The notes: a model not told the origin generated them from the sequence alone. A stretch of 64,000 nucleotides of DNA from Paragordius varius (GCA_964247055.1 OZ176055.1:9176001-9240000); one strand, 5' to 3'; positions 27,001-40,024 are shown, counted from the stretch's first letter. Numbers and translations are program-made.

Positions 27001-30000
27001 TTCATTTCTTCATCCAACTCCAGTTGGAGAAATATTCAATTCTTCATTTCTTCATCCAACTACAGTTGGAGAAATATTCAATTCTTCATTTCTTCATCCA
27101 ACTACAGTTGGAGAAATATTCAATTCTTCTATTCTTCATCCAACTACAGTTGGAGAAATATTCAATTCTTCATTTCTTCATCCAACTACAGTTGGAGAAA
27201 TATCCAATTCTTCTATTCATCCAACTACAGTTGGAGAAATATTCAATTCTTCATTTCTTCATCCAACTCCAGTTGGAGAAATATTCAATTCTTCATTTCT
27301 TCATCCAACTACAGTTGTAGAAATATCCAATTCTTCTATTCATCCAACTACAGTTGGAGAAATATTCAATTCTTCATTTCTTCATCCAACTCCAGTTGGA
27401 GAAATATTCAATTCTTCATTTCTTCATCCAACTACAGTTGGAGAAATATTCAATTCTTCATTTCTTCATCCAACTACAGTTGAAGAAATATCCAATTCTT
27501 CTATTCTTCATCCAACTACAGTTGGAGAAATATCCAATTCTTCTATTCTTCATCCAACTACAGTTGGAGAAATATTCAATTCTTCATTTCTTCATCCAAC
27601 TCCAGTTGGAGAAATATTCAATTCTTCATTTCTTCATCCAACTACAGTTGGAGAAATATTCAATTCTTCATTTCTTCATCCAACTACAGTTGGAGAAATA
27701 TTCAATTCTTCTATTCTTCATCCAACTACAGTTGGAGAAATATTCAATTCTTCATTTCTTCATCCAACTACAGTTGGAGAAATATCCAATTCTTCTATTC
27801 ATCCAACTACAGTTGGAGAAATATTCAATTCTTCATTTCTTCATCCAACTCCAGTTGGAGAAATATTCAATTCTTCATTTCTTCATCCAACTACAGTTGG
27901 AGAAATATTCAATTCTTCATTTCTTCATCCAACTACAGTTGAAGAAATATCCAATTCTTCTATTCTTCATCCAACTACAGTTGGAGAAATATCCAATTCT
28001 TCTATTCTTCATCCAACTACAGTTGGAGAAATATTCAATTCTTCATTTCTTCATCCAACTCCAGTTGGAGAAATATTCAATTCTTCATTTCTTCATCCAA
28101 CTACAGTTGGAGAAATATTCAATTCTTCATTTCTTCATCCAACTACAGTTGGAGAAATATTCAATTCTTCTATTCTTCATCCAACTACAGTTGGAGAAAT
28201 ATTCAATTCTTCATTTCTTCATCCAACTACAGTTGGAGAAATATCCAATTCTTCTATTCATCCAACTACAGTTGGAGAAATATTCAATTCTTCATTTCTT
28301 CATCCAACTCCAGTTGGAGAAATATTCAATTCTTCATTTCTTCATCCAACTACAGTTGGAGAAATATCCAATTCTTCTATTCATCCAACTACAGTTGGAG
28401 AAATATTCAATTCTTCATTTCTTCATCCAACTCCAGTTGGTGAAATATTCAATTCTTCATTTCTTCATCCAACTACAGTTGGAGAAATATTCAATTCTTC
28501 ATTTCTTCATCCAACTCCAGTTGGTGAAATATCCAATTCTTCATTTCTTCATCCAACTACAGTTGGAGAAATATTCAATTCTTCATTTCTTCATCCAACT
28601 ACAGTTGGAGAAATATTCAATTCTTCATTTCTTCATCCAACTCCAGTTGGAGAAATATTCAATTCTTCATTTCTTCATCCAACTACAGTTGGAGAAATAT
28701 TCAATTCTTCATTTCTTCATCCAACTCCAGTTGGAGAAATATTCAATTCTTCATTTCTTCATCCAACTACAGTTGGAGAAATATTCAATTCTTCATTTCT
28801 TCATCCAACTACAGTTGGAGAAATATTCAATTCTTCATTTCTTCATCCAACTACAGTTGGAGAAATATTCAATTCTTCATTTCTTCATCCAACTACAGTT
28901 GGAGAAATATTCAATTCTTCATTTCTTCATCCAACTCCAGTTGGTGAAATATCCAATTCTTCATTTCTTCATCCAACTACAGTTGGAGAAATATTCAATT
29001 CTTCATTTCTTCATCCAACTACAGTTGGAGAAATATTCAATTCTTCATTTATTCATCTAACTCCAGTTGGTGAAATATCCAATTCTTCATTTCTTCATCC
29101 AACTACAGTTGGAGAAATATTCAATTCTTCATTTCTTCATCCAACTACAGTTGGAGAAATATTCAATTCTTCATTTCTTCATCCAACTACAGTTGGAGAA
29201 ATATTCAATTCTTCATTTCTTCATCCAACTACAGTTGAAGAAATATCCAATTCTTCTATTCTTCATCCAACTAGAGTTGGAGAAATATTCAATTCTTCAT
29301 TTCTTCATCCAACTACAGTTGGAGAAATATTCAATTCTTCATTTCTTCATCCAACTACAGTTGGAGAAATATTCAATTCTTCTATTCTTCATCCAACTAC
29401 AGTTGGAGAAATATTCAATTCTTCATTTCTTCATCCAACTACAGTTGGAGAAATATCCAATTCTTCTATTCTTCATCCAACTACAGTTGGAGAAATATTC
29501 AATTCTTCATTTCTTCATCCAACTACAGTTGGAGAAATATTCAATTCTTCATTTCTTCATCGAACTACAGTTGGAGAAATATTCAATTCTTCATTTCTTC
29601 ATCCAACTCCAGTTGGTGAAATATTCAATTCTTCATTTCTTCATCCAACTACAGTTGGAGAAATATTCAATTCTTCATTTCTTCATCCAACTACAGTTGG
29701 AGAAATATCAATTCTTCATTTCTTCATCCAACTCCAGTTGGTGAAATATCCAATTCTTCATTTCTTCATCCAACTACAGTTGGAGAAATATTCAATTCTT
29801 CATTTCTTCATCCAACTACAGTTGGAGAAATATTCAATTCTTCATTTCTTCATCCAACTACAGTTGGAGAAATATTCAATTCTTCATTTCTTCATCCAAC
29901 TACAGTTGGAGAAATATTCAATTCTTCATTTCTTCATCCAACTCCAGTTGGTGAAATATCCAATTCTTCATTTCTTCATCCAACTACAGTTGGAGAAATA

Positions 30001-33000
30001 TTCAATTCTTCATTTCTTCATCCAACTACAGTTGGAGAAATATTCAATTCTTCATTTCTTCATCCAACTCCAGTTGGTGAAATATCCAATTCTTCATTTC
30101 TTCATCCAACTACAGTTGGAGAAATATTCAATTCTTCATTTCTTCATCCAACTACAGTTGGAGAAATATTCAATTCTTCATTTCTTCATCCAACTACAGT
30201 TGGAGAAATATCCAATTCTTCATTTCTTCATCCAACTACAGTTGGAGAAATATTCAATTCTTCATTTCTTCATCCAACTACAGTTGGAGAAATATTCAAT
30301 TCTTCATTTCTTCATCCAACTCCAGTTGGTGAAATATCCAATTCTTCATTTCTTCATCCAACTACAGTTGGAGAAATATTCAATTCTTCATTTCTTCATC
30401 CAACTACAGTTGGAGAAATATTCAATTCTTCATTTCTTCATCCAACTCCAGTTGGTGAAATATCCAATTCTTCATTTCTTCATCCAACTACAGTTGGAGA
30501 AATATTCAATTCTTCATTTCTTCATCCAACTACAGTTGGAGAAATATTCAATTCTTCATTTCTTCATCCAACTACAGTTGGAGAAATATTCAATTCTTCA
30601 TTTCTTCATCCAACTCCAGTTGGTGAAATATCCAATTCTTCATTTCTTCATCCAACTACAGTTGGAGAAATATTCAATTCTTCATTTCTTCATCCAACTA
30701 CAGTTGGAGAAATATTCAATTCTTCATTTCTTCATCCAACTCCAGTTGGTGAAATATCCAATTCTTCATTTCTTCATCCAACTACAGTTGGAGAAATATT
30801 CAATTCTTCATTTCTTCATCCAACTACAGTTGGAGAAATATTCAATTCTTCATTTCTTCATCCAACTACAGTTGGAGAAATATCCAATTCTTCATTTCTT
30901 CATCCAACTACAGTTGGAGAAATATTCAATTCTTCATTTCTTCATCCAACTACAGTTGGAGAAATATTCAATTCTTCATTTCTTCATCCAACTCCAGTTG
31001 GTGAAATATCCAATTCTTCATTTCTTCATCCAACTACAGTTGGAGAAATATTCAATTCTTCATTTCTTCATCCAACTCCAGTTGGTGAAATATCCAATTC
31101 TTCATTTCTTCATCCAACTACAGTTGGAGAAATATTCAATTCTTCATTTCTTCATCCAACTACAGTTGGAGAAATATTCAATTCTTCATATCTTCATCCA
31201 ACTCCAGTTGGTGAAATATCCAATTCTTCATTTCTTCATCCAACTACAGTTGGAGAAATATTCAATTCTTCATTTCTTCATCCAACTACAGTTGGAGAAA
31301 TATCAATTCTTCATTTCTTCATCCAACTCCAGTTGGTGAAATATCCAATTCTTCATTTCTTCATCCAACTACAGTTGGAGAAATATTCAATTCTTCATTT
31401 CTTCATCCAACTACAGTTGGAGAAATATTCAATTCTTCATTTCTTCATCCAACTACAGTTGGAGAAATATTCAATTCTTCATTTCTTCATCCAACTACAG
31501 TTGGAGAAATATTCAATTCTTCATTTCTTCATCCAACTCCAGTTGGTGAAATATCCAATTCTTCATTTCTTCATCCAACTACAGTTGGAGAAATATTCAA
31601 TTCTTCATTTCTTCATCCAACTCCAGTTGGTGAAATATCCAATTCTTCATTTCTTCATCCAACTACAGTTGGAGAAATATTCAATTCTTCATTTCTTCAT
31701 CCAACTACAGTTGGAGAAATATTCAATTCTTCATTTCTTCATCCAACTACAGTTGGAGAAATATTCAATTCTTCATTTCTTCATCCAACTCCAGTTGGTG
31801 AAATATCCAATTCTTCATTTCTTCATCCAACTACAGTTGGAGAAATATTCAATTCTTCATTTCTTCATCCAACTACAGTTGGAGAAATATTCAATTCTTC
31901 ATTTCCTCATCCAACTACAGTTGGAGAAATATTCAATTCTTCATTTCTTCATCCAACTCCAGTTGGTGAAATATCCAATTCTTCATTTCTTCATCCAACT
32001 ACAGTTGGAGAAATATTCAATTCTTCATTTCTTCATCCAACTACAGTTGGAGAAATATTCAATTCTTCATTTCCTCATCCAACTACAGTTGGAGAAATAT
32101 TCAATTCTTCATTTCTTCATCCAACTACAGTTGGAGAAATATTCAATTCTTCATTTCTTCATCCAACTCCAGTTGGTGAAATATTCAATTCTTCATTTCT
32201 TCATCCAACTACAGTTGGAGAAATATTCAATTCTTCATTTCTTCATCCAACTCCAGTTGGTGAAATATCCAATTCTTCATTTCTTCATCCAACTACAGTT
32301 GGAGAAATATTCAATTCTTCATTTCTTCATCCAACTACAGTTGGAGAAATATTCAATTCTTCATTTCTTCATCCAACTACAGTTGGAGAAATATTCAATT
32401 CTTCATTTCTTCATCCAACTCCAGTTGGAGAAATATTCAATTCTTCATTTCTTCATCCAAATACAGTTGGAGAAATATTCAATTCTTCATTTCTTCATCC
32501 AACTACAGTTGGAGAAATATTCAATTCTTCATTTCTTCATCCAACTCCAGTTGGTGAAATATCCAATTCTTCATTTCTTCATCCAACTACAGTTGGAGAA
32601 ATATTCAATTCTTCATTTCTTCATCCAACTACAGTTGGAGAAATATCAATTCTTCATTTCTTCATCCAACTCCAGTTGGTGAAATATCCAATTCTTCATT
32701 TCTTCATCCAACTACAGTTGGAGAAATATTCAATTCTTCATTTCTTCATCCAACTACAGTTGGAGAAATATTCAATTCTTCATTTCTTCATCCAACTACA
32801 GTTGGAGAAATATTCAATTCTTCATTTCTTCATCCAACTCCAGTTGGTGAAATATCCAATTCTTCATTTCTTCATCCAACTACAGTTGGAGAAATATTCA
32901 ATTCTTCATTTCTTCATCCAACTACAGTTGGAGAAATATTCAATTCTTCATTTCTTCATCCAACTCCAGTTGGTGAAATATCCAATTCTTCATTTCTTCA

Positions 33001-33910
33001 TCCAACTACAGTTGGAGAAATATTCAATTCTTCATTTCTTCATCCAACTACAGTTGGAGAAATATTCAATTCTTCATTTCTTCATCCAACTACAGTTGGA
33101 GAAATATTCAATTCTTCATTTCTTCATCCAACTACAGTTGGAGAAATATTCAATTCTTCATTTCTTCATCCAACTACAGTTGGAGAAATATTCAATTCTT
33201 CATTTCTTCATCCAACTCCAGTTGGTGAAATATCCAATTCTTCATTTCTTCATCCAACTACAGTTGGAGAAATATTCAATTCTTCATTTCTTCATCCAAC
33301 TACAGTTGGAGAAATATTCAATTCTTCATTTCTTCATCCAACTACAGTTGGAGAAATATTCAATTCTTCATTTCTTCATCCAACTCCAGTTGGAGAAATA
33401 TTCAATTCTTCATTTCTTCATCCAAATACAGTTGGAGAAATATTCAATTCTTCATTTCTTCATCCAACTACAGTTGGAGAAATATTCAATTCTTCATTTC
33501 TTCATCCAACTACAGTTGGAGAAATATTCAATTCTTCATTTCTTCATCCAACTACAGTTGGTGAAATATCCAATTCTTCATTTCTTCATCCAACTACAGT
33601 TGGAGAAATATTCAATTCTTCATTTCTTCATCCAACTACAGTTGGAGAAATATTCAATTCTTCATTTCTTCATCCAACTACAGTTGGAGAAATATTCAAT
33701 TCTTCATTTCTTCATCCAACTACAGTTGAAGAAATATCCAATTCTTCATTTCTTCATCCAACTACAGTTGAAGAAATATCCAATTCTTCTATTCTTCATC
33801 CAACTACAGTTGGAGAAATATTCAATTCTTCTTTTCTTCATCCAACTCCAGTTGGAGAAATATTCAATTCTTCATTTCTTCATCCAACTACAGTTGAAGA
33901 AATATCCAAT
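15016..33910 (+). repeat. 42-bp tandem satellite array 1 (~18.9 kb, ~450 monomers)
   Basis: Continuous head-to-tail GTTGGAGAAATATCCAATTCTTCATTTCTTCATCCAACTCCA with point variants; the ORF track shows 14-aa periodicity. Confidence 0.99.
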
Positions 33911-35490
33911 TTATCATTTAATTTATATGTCTAGAGATTACAGGTACGCGAACTATTCATTTTTCTAACAACAGGCTCAGATAAGCTATGATATCCGATT
34001 CTGTTATACGAGTTATCTTGTTTCTGTTTATAATTTTAGCCAAATCATCCACTTTCTTATATATCCTCCTTAATAATTATGGGTTAACCAGATCCTCATT
34101 ATGCATGCGTTCAATTATTTCGATTTAATATTAAACCATGTTTGCTTTTTTATTTTAGAAATTAAAATTTAATCTCCTGACTCAAGCCATATTTCGGAAA
34201 TATCAATTATAAGATAACGCAAAATAGTAATATTAAAAAATGTATTGGTATACATAACTTCCCAAAGAAAGTAAAATCATATATCATACAAATGAAATGC
34301 ATAAACAAGTTATAACTATTAGCTAAAGATTTGAGCGGCGAAAGTTACTTAGTGAAACGTTATGTGTTGTTGAATAGGTACTGGGTTTATAAACTTCAGT
34401 ATAAATTTTCGTTCAGGACTTTATTATTCAAGCTTCTCTTACATCAATGGATAATTTATTGTTTTTAACAGTAGATGGAATTTATCTGCCCAATCCCTTT
34501 ACCTTTTGAATCAGAATATTTATTACGAGTATTTATTCAAATCCTTTTATAAGATTTCAAAATAATTTGAGATTTTTTTTGTTCATGAGTGTTCAAAGTT
34601 TCCAGCATCTATTAATGTTTGTCAACTGAAGCTTGTAAATTAAGATTTTCTTTAACATCAGAAATCAGAATAAACACCATTTTTTTATTTATATTGTAAT
34701 CTGCTCTTTAAATGATAATCCAAAGATTGTTTAACAAAGTTTGGCTTTGATTTCGATATGAGTTAAAGGTCTCCAAAATTTACATACTATCTGTTAAACA
34801 AGTTTAGATAAAGATAAGTTAAATACTAAAGGACAACTTCAAAGTATGTTGGTTTTATCCAGAATGTAATACTATGAAACATCATCTCATTCAAATGTTT
34901 CTGTTTGGTATAAAAACTCCGAGGTTACAGTCTTTTACAGATTTTGTTATTATATATTGACTCTCTTTTATAAATATTATATCCGAACATAAATGCTTCT
35001 ATTTAAATGATTAATTTGATGAAGTTATATCATTGATCCTAACATCATTTATTATTGTGAATATACTTTGTTTAGACTGAATCATCAGTCAGCACAGTTC
35101 GTGTTAAGAATTTCCATGTTAATGCCCTTATTTCGTTTACAGTGGTTATATATTCAAAGTTGTTAATATATGGTTGATTTTTAAAGATGAGATACCCATA
35201 CTTCTATACATTATTAAGAGATGTCAAGTTTTTAATAATTTAAAGCTGTAATATTCTTCCGTGTTGGTTTCCATATTATATAGTTTGAAATTATATGTTT
35301 AAATAAAAAATGCATTTATTATTATATATACAAATTTTAATATGCATACATACATAATAAGTATAATATATGTGAATATCGATGCGATTAATTTATTTGT
35401 ACATTGTACATTAAAATTTGGTAAATATATACTTATAAAAATATTTAAATATTAATATACATAAAAATTTTGCTATATAAAAAATATATT
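33911..35490. repeat. 3' flank of module 1, paralogous to 62145-64000
   Basis: Collinear matches, e.g. CCAGATCCTCATTATGCAT (34089/62339), GAGTTAAAGGTCTCCAAAAT, and the near-identical GACTGAATCATCAGTCAGCACAG...GTGTTGGTTTCCATATTATATAG block. Confidence 0.92.
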
Positions 35491-36964
35491 TATATTATAA
35501 TTAAATTTTTGCAATGTCCCCTAACTAAAATAATTATGAGTAAAAAATTTAAACATTAACTTTCATATACAATATTGCAAAATTAATTTTTGCCTCAACT
35601 TTCATAATGTTTAAATTATTTTAGCCGAAAAATGTGATTCGGCTGTTTATAACATTGATATTGCATTTTTACTTATATGGCGTTTAATAAAATATTGCAT
35701 TCTGTAAAAGCCCATCAATGAACGTGATAAGTTTAAATTGACCCAATATGGTAATATATATTAAAAGTTTAAGGTAATCAAACATACCCAAGATATCTTG
35801 CTAATCAGTTCCAATCTTTAATTAGTTAATTGAATCAAACAATAGGATATTTCTAGATTTCGGTTGAGATCATTCTATAGATTAACAGTATATAATTATG
35901 CATGAACCACTTTAAATTTAAATTTTTTTAAAAGATTTATACTTTAAGTAAGATCAGTAATTTATAGTTGTGAGCTAGTTTGTTTTTACAATGATATCAT
36001 GGTATATTCTGGCAAAATAAATTAAATTTTTATTACAAATATATATAATATGCATGCCTCAGTAATACTAAATTTACAAAAAAATTTGGACAATATGTTG
36101 TACATTTTGAAATGCGAAAATAACGATAATAAACCTAGTTTTATGTTTCTGCATTTCTGAAGATAATTGGTTAGATGATTGCCTCATATAATTCATGATA
36201 TCTATGTATAGTCTTTCGTATTCGTTTGTAAAAGTGCAATAATTAGTACGGGTTGATTGATATTAGAATTGATTTTTTAGAACAATCCATTCTTAAATAC
36301 TTACATATTATAAGTGAGAAATTGAAATGATTGATAATCTAGCTGACACAATTTGATTGTTAAGTATAAATTATGTAAAAAACATTAAAAATAAACATAT
36401 TTTATAATGGCGTTTTAAGCAAAATTGTTAAATATTCAAGGGTTAAAGTTATCGATTTGCAAAAAGATATTTAAATAGTGCAATCTATCATAAACATTAA
36501 AGATTTACTGACATGCTTTCAATCCATGGGGTTTTAAAAGTAATAAGTTTGTCCTATTTGTATGGGGGTGCATAAAGTAGTAAAAATAATATCGTAAGCC
36601 TTAATTACCCGGGGTTCAAAATCGGGGGTCATGAATTATCTTGATGAAATAAATATATTTCGATAGAAAAATGTATCAGGATTATAATGCTTTTGGTTTT
36701 GGCCCTTGCGAGTGATATGAGAAAGTTATTTACATTTTTGTGCTACGCACTCCATATCAGAAAATGGCAAAATTTGACATTTTTTGTAATAATTTTTTTG
36801 ATGAAACCTAAATGCTTCAATCTAAAAAATATCACTGAAATATATCAAAAACTATTTATAAAAAGCAAAACAATATTTCTATAATATTTTAATTTTTAGA
36901 TGTAAGCTCAAAGACATTTTTGCTCTTCTAAAAGGGTATAGTTCTTTTAAAATAAACATAACCG

Positions 36965-37475
36965 GAATTTAGCAATAAAATTTTTAAATATATGCTATTT
37001 TGAAAAAAATTATTTTATAAAAATGCATAAGAAAAAAATTTAAATTTTAGTAAATTTTGTTGAATTGTTTTTATGGTATTTTTAGGCATGATAAAAACGT
37101 ATAAAAACGCTTTCACATATTGTAAAAACCCTTTTTCTTTATAATTTAATGAATAACATTTCTATCGCTTCAGAATTTTATATTTAAAGTTTTTTTTACT
37201 TTAAAATTTTGGTTTTATAAAATACAATATATATTTGTCATAAATTTGAGGACAAACAAATATTTTAATCGAAATTCTCAGGTGATAGTAATGTTTGGAA
37301 TAATAAAATTATATAGAAAGAGTGTTTTTATAATATAAAAAAGCTTTTATAACGTTTTCATCATGCCTAAAAAGTGGAAAGTACCAACAAAATTTTGCTA
37401 AAAATTAAATTTTAAAGTGTGCAATTAAAAAAATTTATGCAAAAAATTAACCATATATTTTAAAATTTTATCACA
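36965..37475. mobile_element. Imperfect AT-rich foldback (MITE-like)
   Basis: TTTTTAGGCATGATAAAAACGT (~37080) pairs with ACGTTTTCATCATGCCTAAAAA (~37352); complementarity extends outward for about 100 bp. Confidence 0.5.
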
Positions 37476-38258
37476 CACCCCCAGCATTTTTGTGTTTATT
37501 TTAACACTTGATTCGAATTGGGTCTAAATAAATCAAACAATATTTATGATATTTCAAAAAATGCAGAAAAAACGACTCCAATTGAAGTTTATGCTTTTAA
37601 AAAAAATATTTAAAAAAGCCAAAATATCTATAAAATTTAGTTATGAAGTTCCATATCAAACTACTCTAACGCTATTTTTATTTTACATTTTTGCAACACC
37701 TTCATAGTCCTTCGATTCGAATTGAGGTAGTTGGATACCGCAGGCTAGTTTTAAATTAAATACCTTAAAAAAGATGGAACGAATAACCATGGCAAAATGC
37801 ACGTATATAACATTTGTGAACCGAAAAATGAAAAAAAATTTCAAATATACTTAATAATTACTTATTAAGAGGTAAAACCCTAAGGTAAAAATTTACGTAA
37901 GCTAAATATTAAAATAATGCAAAATAGCCGTTTTTTTATATCAATGTTAAATGTAATTTTAAAAAAAGTAACCTAAATTTTAGGCTTAAAATCAAATCAA
38001 CACAATATTTTGCAAAAATGTTGTTAAACAAAAATGGCCTCCAATTTGATACGCAACTTTTTTCCAATATTTAAATTTTTTTAAATATTTTTGCTTATTT
38101 ATATAATTTTTATTAGAATAGAAGCTTATATTTAAATTTAAACCGTTTCTTTTATTGGTTTTATATAAATATCAACTTAAATATCGTTTGAGGTATTTAA
38201 GTCCTCCAATTAAAATCAAAATGTTAAATAATTTTAGCTTTAAAATTAAATAAACACA

Positions 38259-38545
38259 ATATTTTGCAAATATGTTGTAAAATAAAAATGGCGTCGAAGC
38301 AGTTTGATATGGATTTCTTTTAACACTTTGATTCAATTTGGGGTATCTAAATACCCCAGACTAAATTTGAGTTAGGATTTTTAAAAAACTACAGAATGAA
38401 ACGGTCCCAATTTAAATTATGCTTCTATCCTAATAAAAATTATATAAATATGCCAAAATATCTAAATAAAATTTTGTTTTGAAAAAAAAGCTCCATGTCA
38501 AACTACTTCGACGCCATTTTTTTTTACAAAATTTTTGCAAAATAT
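38259..38545. mobile_element. MITE-like palindromic element (~55-bp TIRs), with related partial copies at 37490-37700 and 37975-38060
   Basis: ATATTTTGCAAA...AAATGGCGTCGAAGCAGTTTGATATGGA pairs with TCCATGTCAAACTACTTCGACGCCATTT...TTTGCAAAATAT. An internal palindrome GGGGTATCTAAATACCCC is present. Confidence 0.65.
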
Positions 38546-38559
38546 CTCTTCTTTTAATT

Positions 38560-39582
38560 TTAAGGGTAAAATTAAAGCTAATTTAGGGATATTTTTTGCT
38601 TTGGGATTTATGTTATGCTACAACAAACAAGTTTCATACCAAAATTTTGGTATATACATGGTTGCTTTAACATACTTCCATTTTACCGAATATGTGTCTA
38701 TTTCCATCGTTCACAATAAATCGGTGACTTTTGAATCATTTCTCATAAATCATAGTACTGCATATAGTTTAGCGGCCATAATGAGTTGGTACGAATACTT
38801 TTTCTCTTTACTTTAATTTTTTATTCTTTTTTAATCTTTTTTTTCTAGGAAAGTACAGTCAGGTCATTTGTTTTACAGGCGTAATTTTATGTTTGATTGG
38901 AGAACTGATACGATTTTAATCATCTCATTCAATTTTCCATATCACAGAATCAAAAATTGGTTACAAATGGTATTTATGGATATATGAGACATCCATCTTA
39001 TTTGGGTTGGTTTATATAGTGTGCTGGTACTCAGGTAGTAATTAAATATTAATTAATATCTTTTGGGCTATTTTTCTGCCCCAAACCAATTTTAAATTAA
39101 AAAATCTAAAAAATTATCTATGATATTGTGCCAAATGGAAAAATATGCTTTTTGATCGCATTTTAGCCCATTATACAATAATGTTTTTTTAAAAAATGTA
39201 AAATTGTAAAAAAATCTTATCGATATCCCTCTAATTTTTGATGCAACGTTTTTATGATACATTTTGAATATAATCATGTTTTGACAGAAAATTATGTAAA
39301 ATCTCGTAGAGGTAGCAAACTGATAATAATTAAGTTGTTTTAAATATATATTATATTTTGTGTTTTTTTTATATAAAAAATTCAATGGTGCTTTTTTAGA
39401 TTATTTTGATGAATCCAATATGCTTTTTATGTTACATTATTGTGGCTTGGAGATTTTTCAAAACAAGAAAATATGAGGAAGAACGCTCATTGGTGCAACA
39501 TTTTGGCAATGAATATATCAATTATCAACAAAATGTTTCTACTGGTCTACCTTTTATTCATGGTTTTTATGTGAAAAAATAA
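38560..39582 (+). pseudogene. ICMT: Isoprenylcysteine carboxyl methyltransferase (ICMT/STE14) pseudogene with introns
   Basis: Motifs: YFHFTEY...FLINHSTAY, GELIR, FNHLIQ, LVTNGIYGYMRHPSYLGWF, NPIC...WRFFK.R...EERSLVQHFGNEY...TGLPFI. Lesions: TAG at 39017-39019 where Trp is conserved, ~10 codons missing plus a frameshift at ~38914, no usable donor near 38810, and no 5' end found. Confidence 0.85.
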
Positions 39583-39849
39583 AATATATATATATATATG
39601 TAGGTCAAATTATTTTTTGTGATATTAGCTAGGTGTGTATATATATTTAATAAATTTAAGTCTCATGATAGATTTTAGATCCCTTTTGGCAAAGAGAAAA
39701 TTGAATTGTTTGCGTACTCATATATTTTTAGGGAATTCTGTTTTAGTTAAGCTAAAATTTATATTTTTGTGTTTATAATAATGAATATCCCTTAGTTTAA
39801 AAACAACTTCGACCATAGCATTCTGTGTGAGATATTTGTGCAAATTCAT

Positions 39850-39995
39850 GGTTGAGTGTGCTGTATTATTTTTTTAATCTTATCTGAGTATCTTAGAGGT
39901 CCCTCACGTTTCCTAGCCCCTTCCAATGGGCCTAACATGGTCGCATTTTCTAAATCATCGGCTCTCATCACATGTCCGAAAAATCTGAGTTTTTA
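39850..39995 (-). mobile_element. RTE-clade LINE 3'-end fragment
   Basis: The minus strand reads KLRFFGHVMRADDLENATMLGPLEGARKREGPLRYSDKIK, typical of an RTE ORF C-terminus. Confidence 0.7.
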
Positions 39996-40024
39996 CAATA
40001 TATGAATTTTTTGAAGTAGGATAT

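Noticed and set aside
15049-33968. Giant ORFs (LEKYPILHFFIQLQ / LELDEEMKNWIFLQ repeats) as annotated CDS
   Set aside because: They arise because the monomer length is divisible by 3 and lacks stops. They overlap in several frames and on both strands and are broken by amplified frameshifts. Kept only as a testable hypothesis.
39017-39019. Alternative genetic code or stop readthrough explaining in-frame TAG/TAA/TGA
   Set aside because: MND1 and the SLC35F-like gene read normally, with CAA/CAG for Gln and TGG for Trp and standard terminal stops; the affected loci also have frameshifts.
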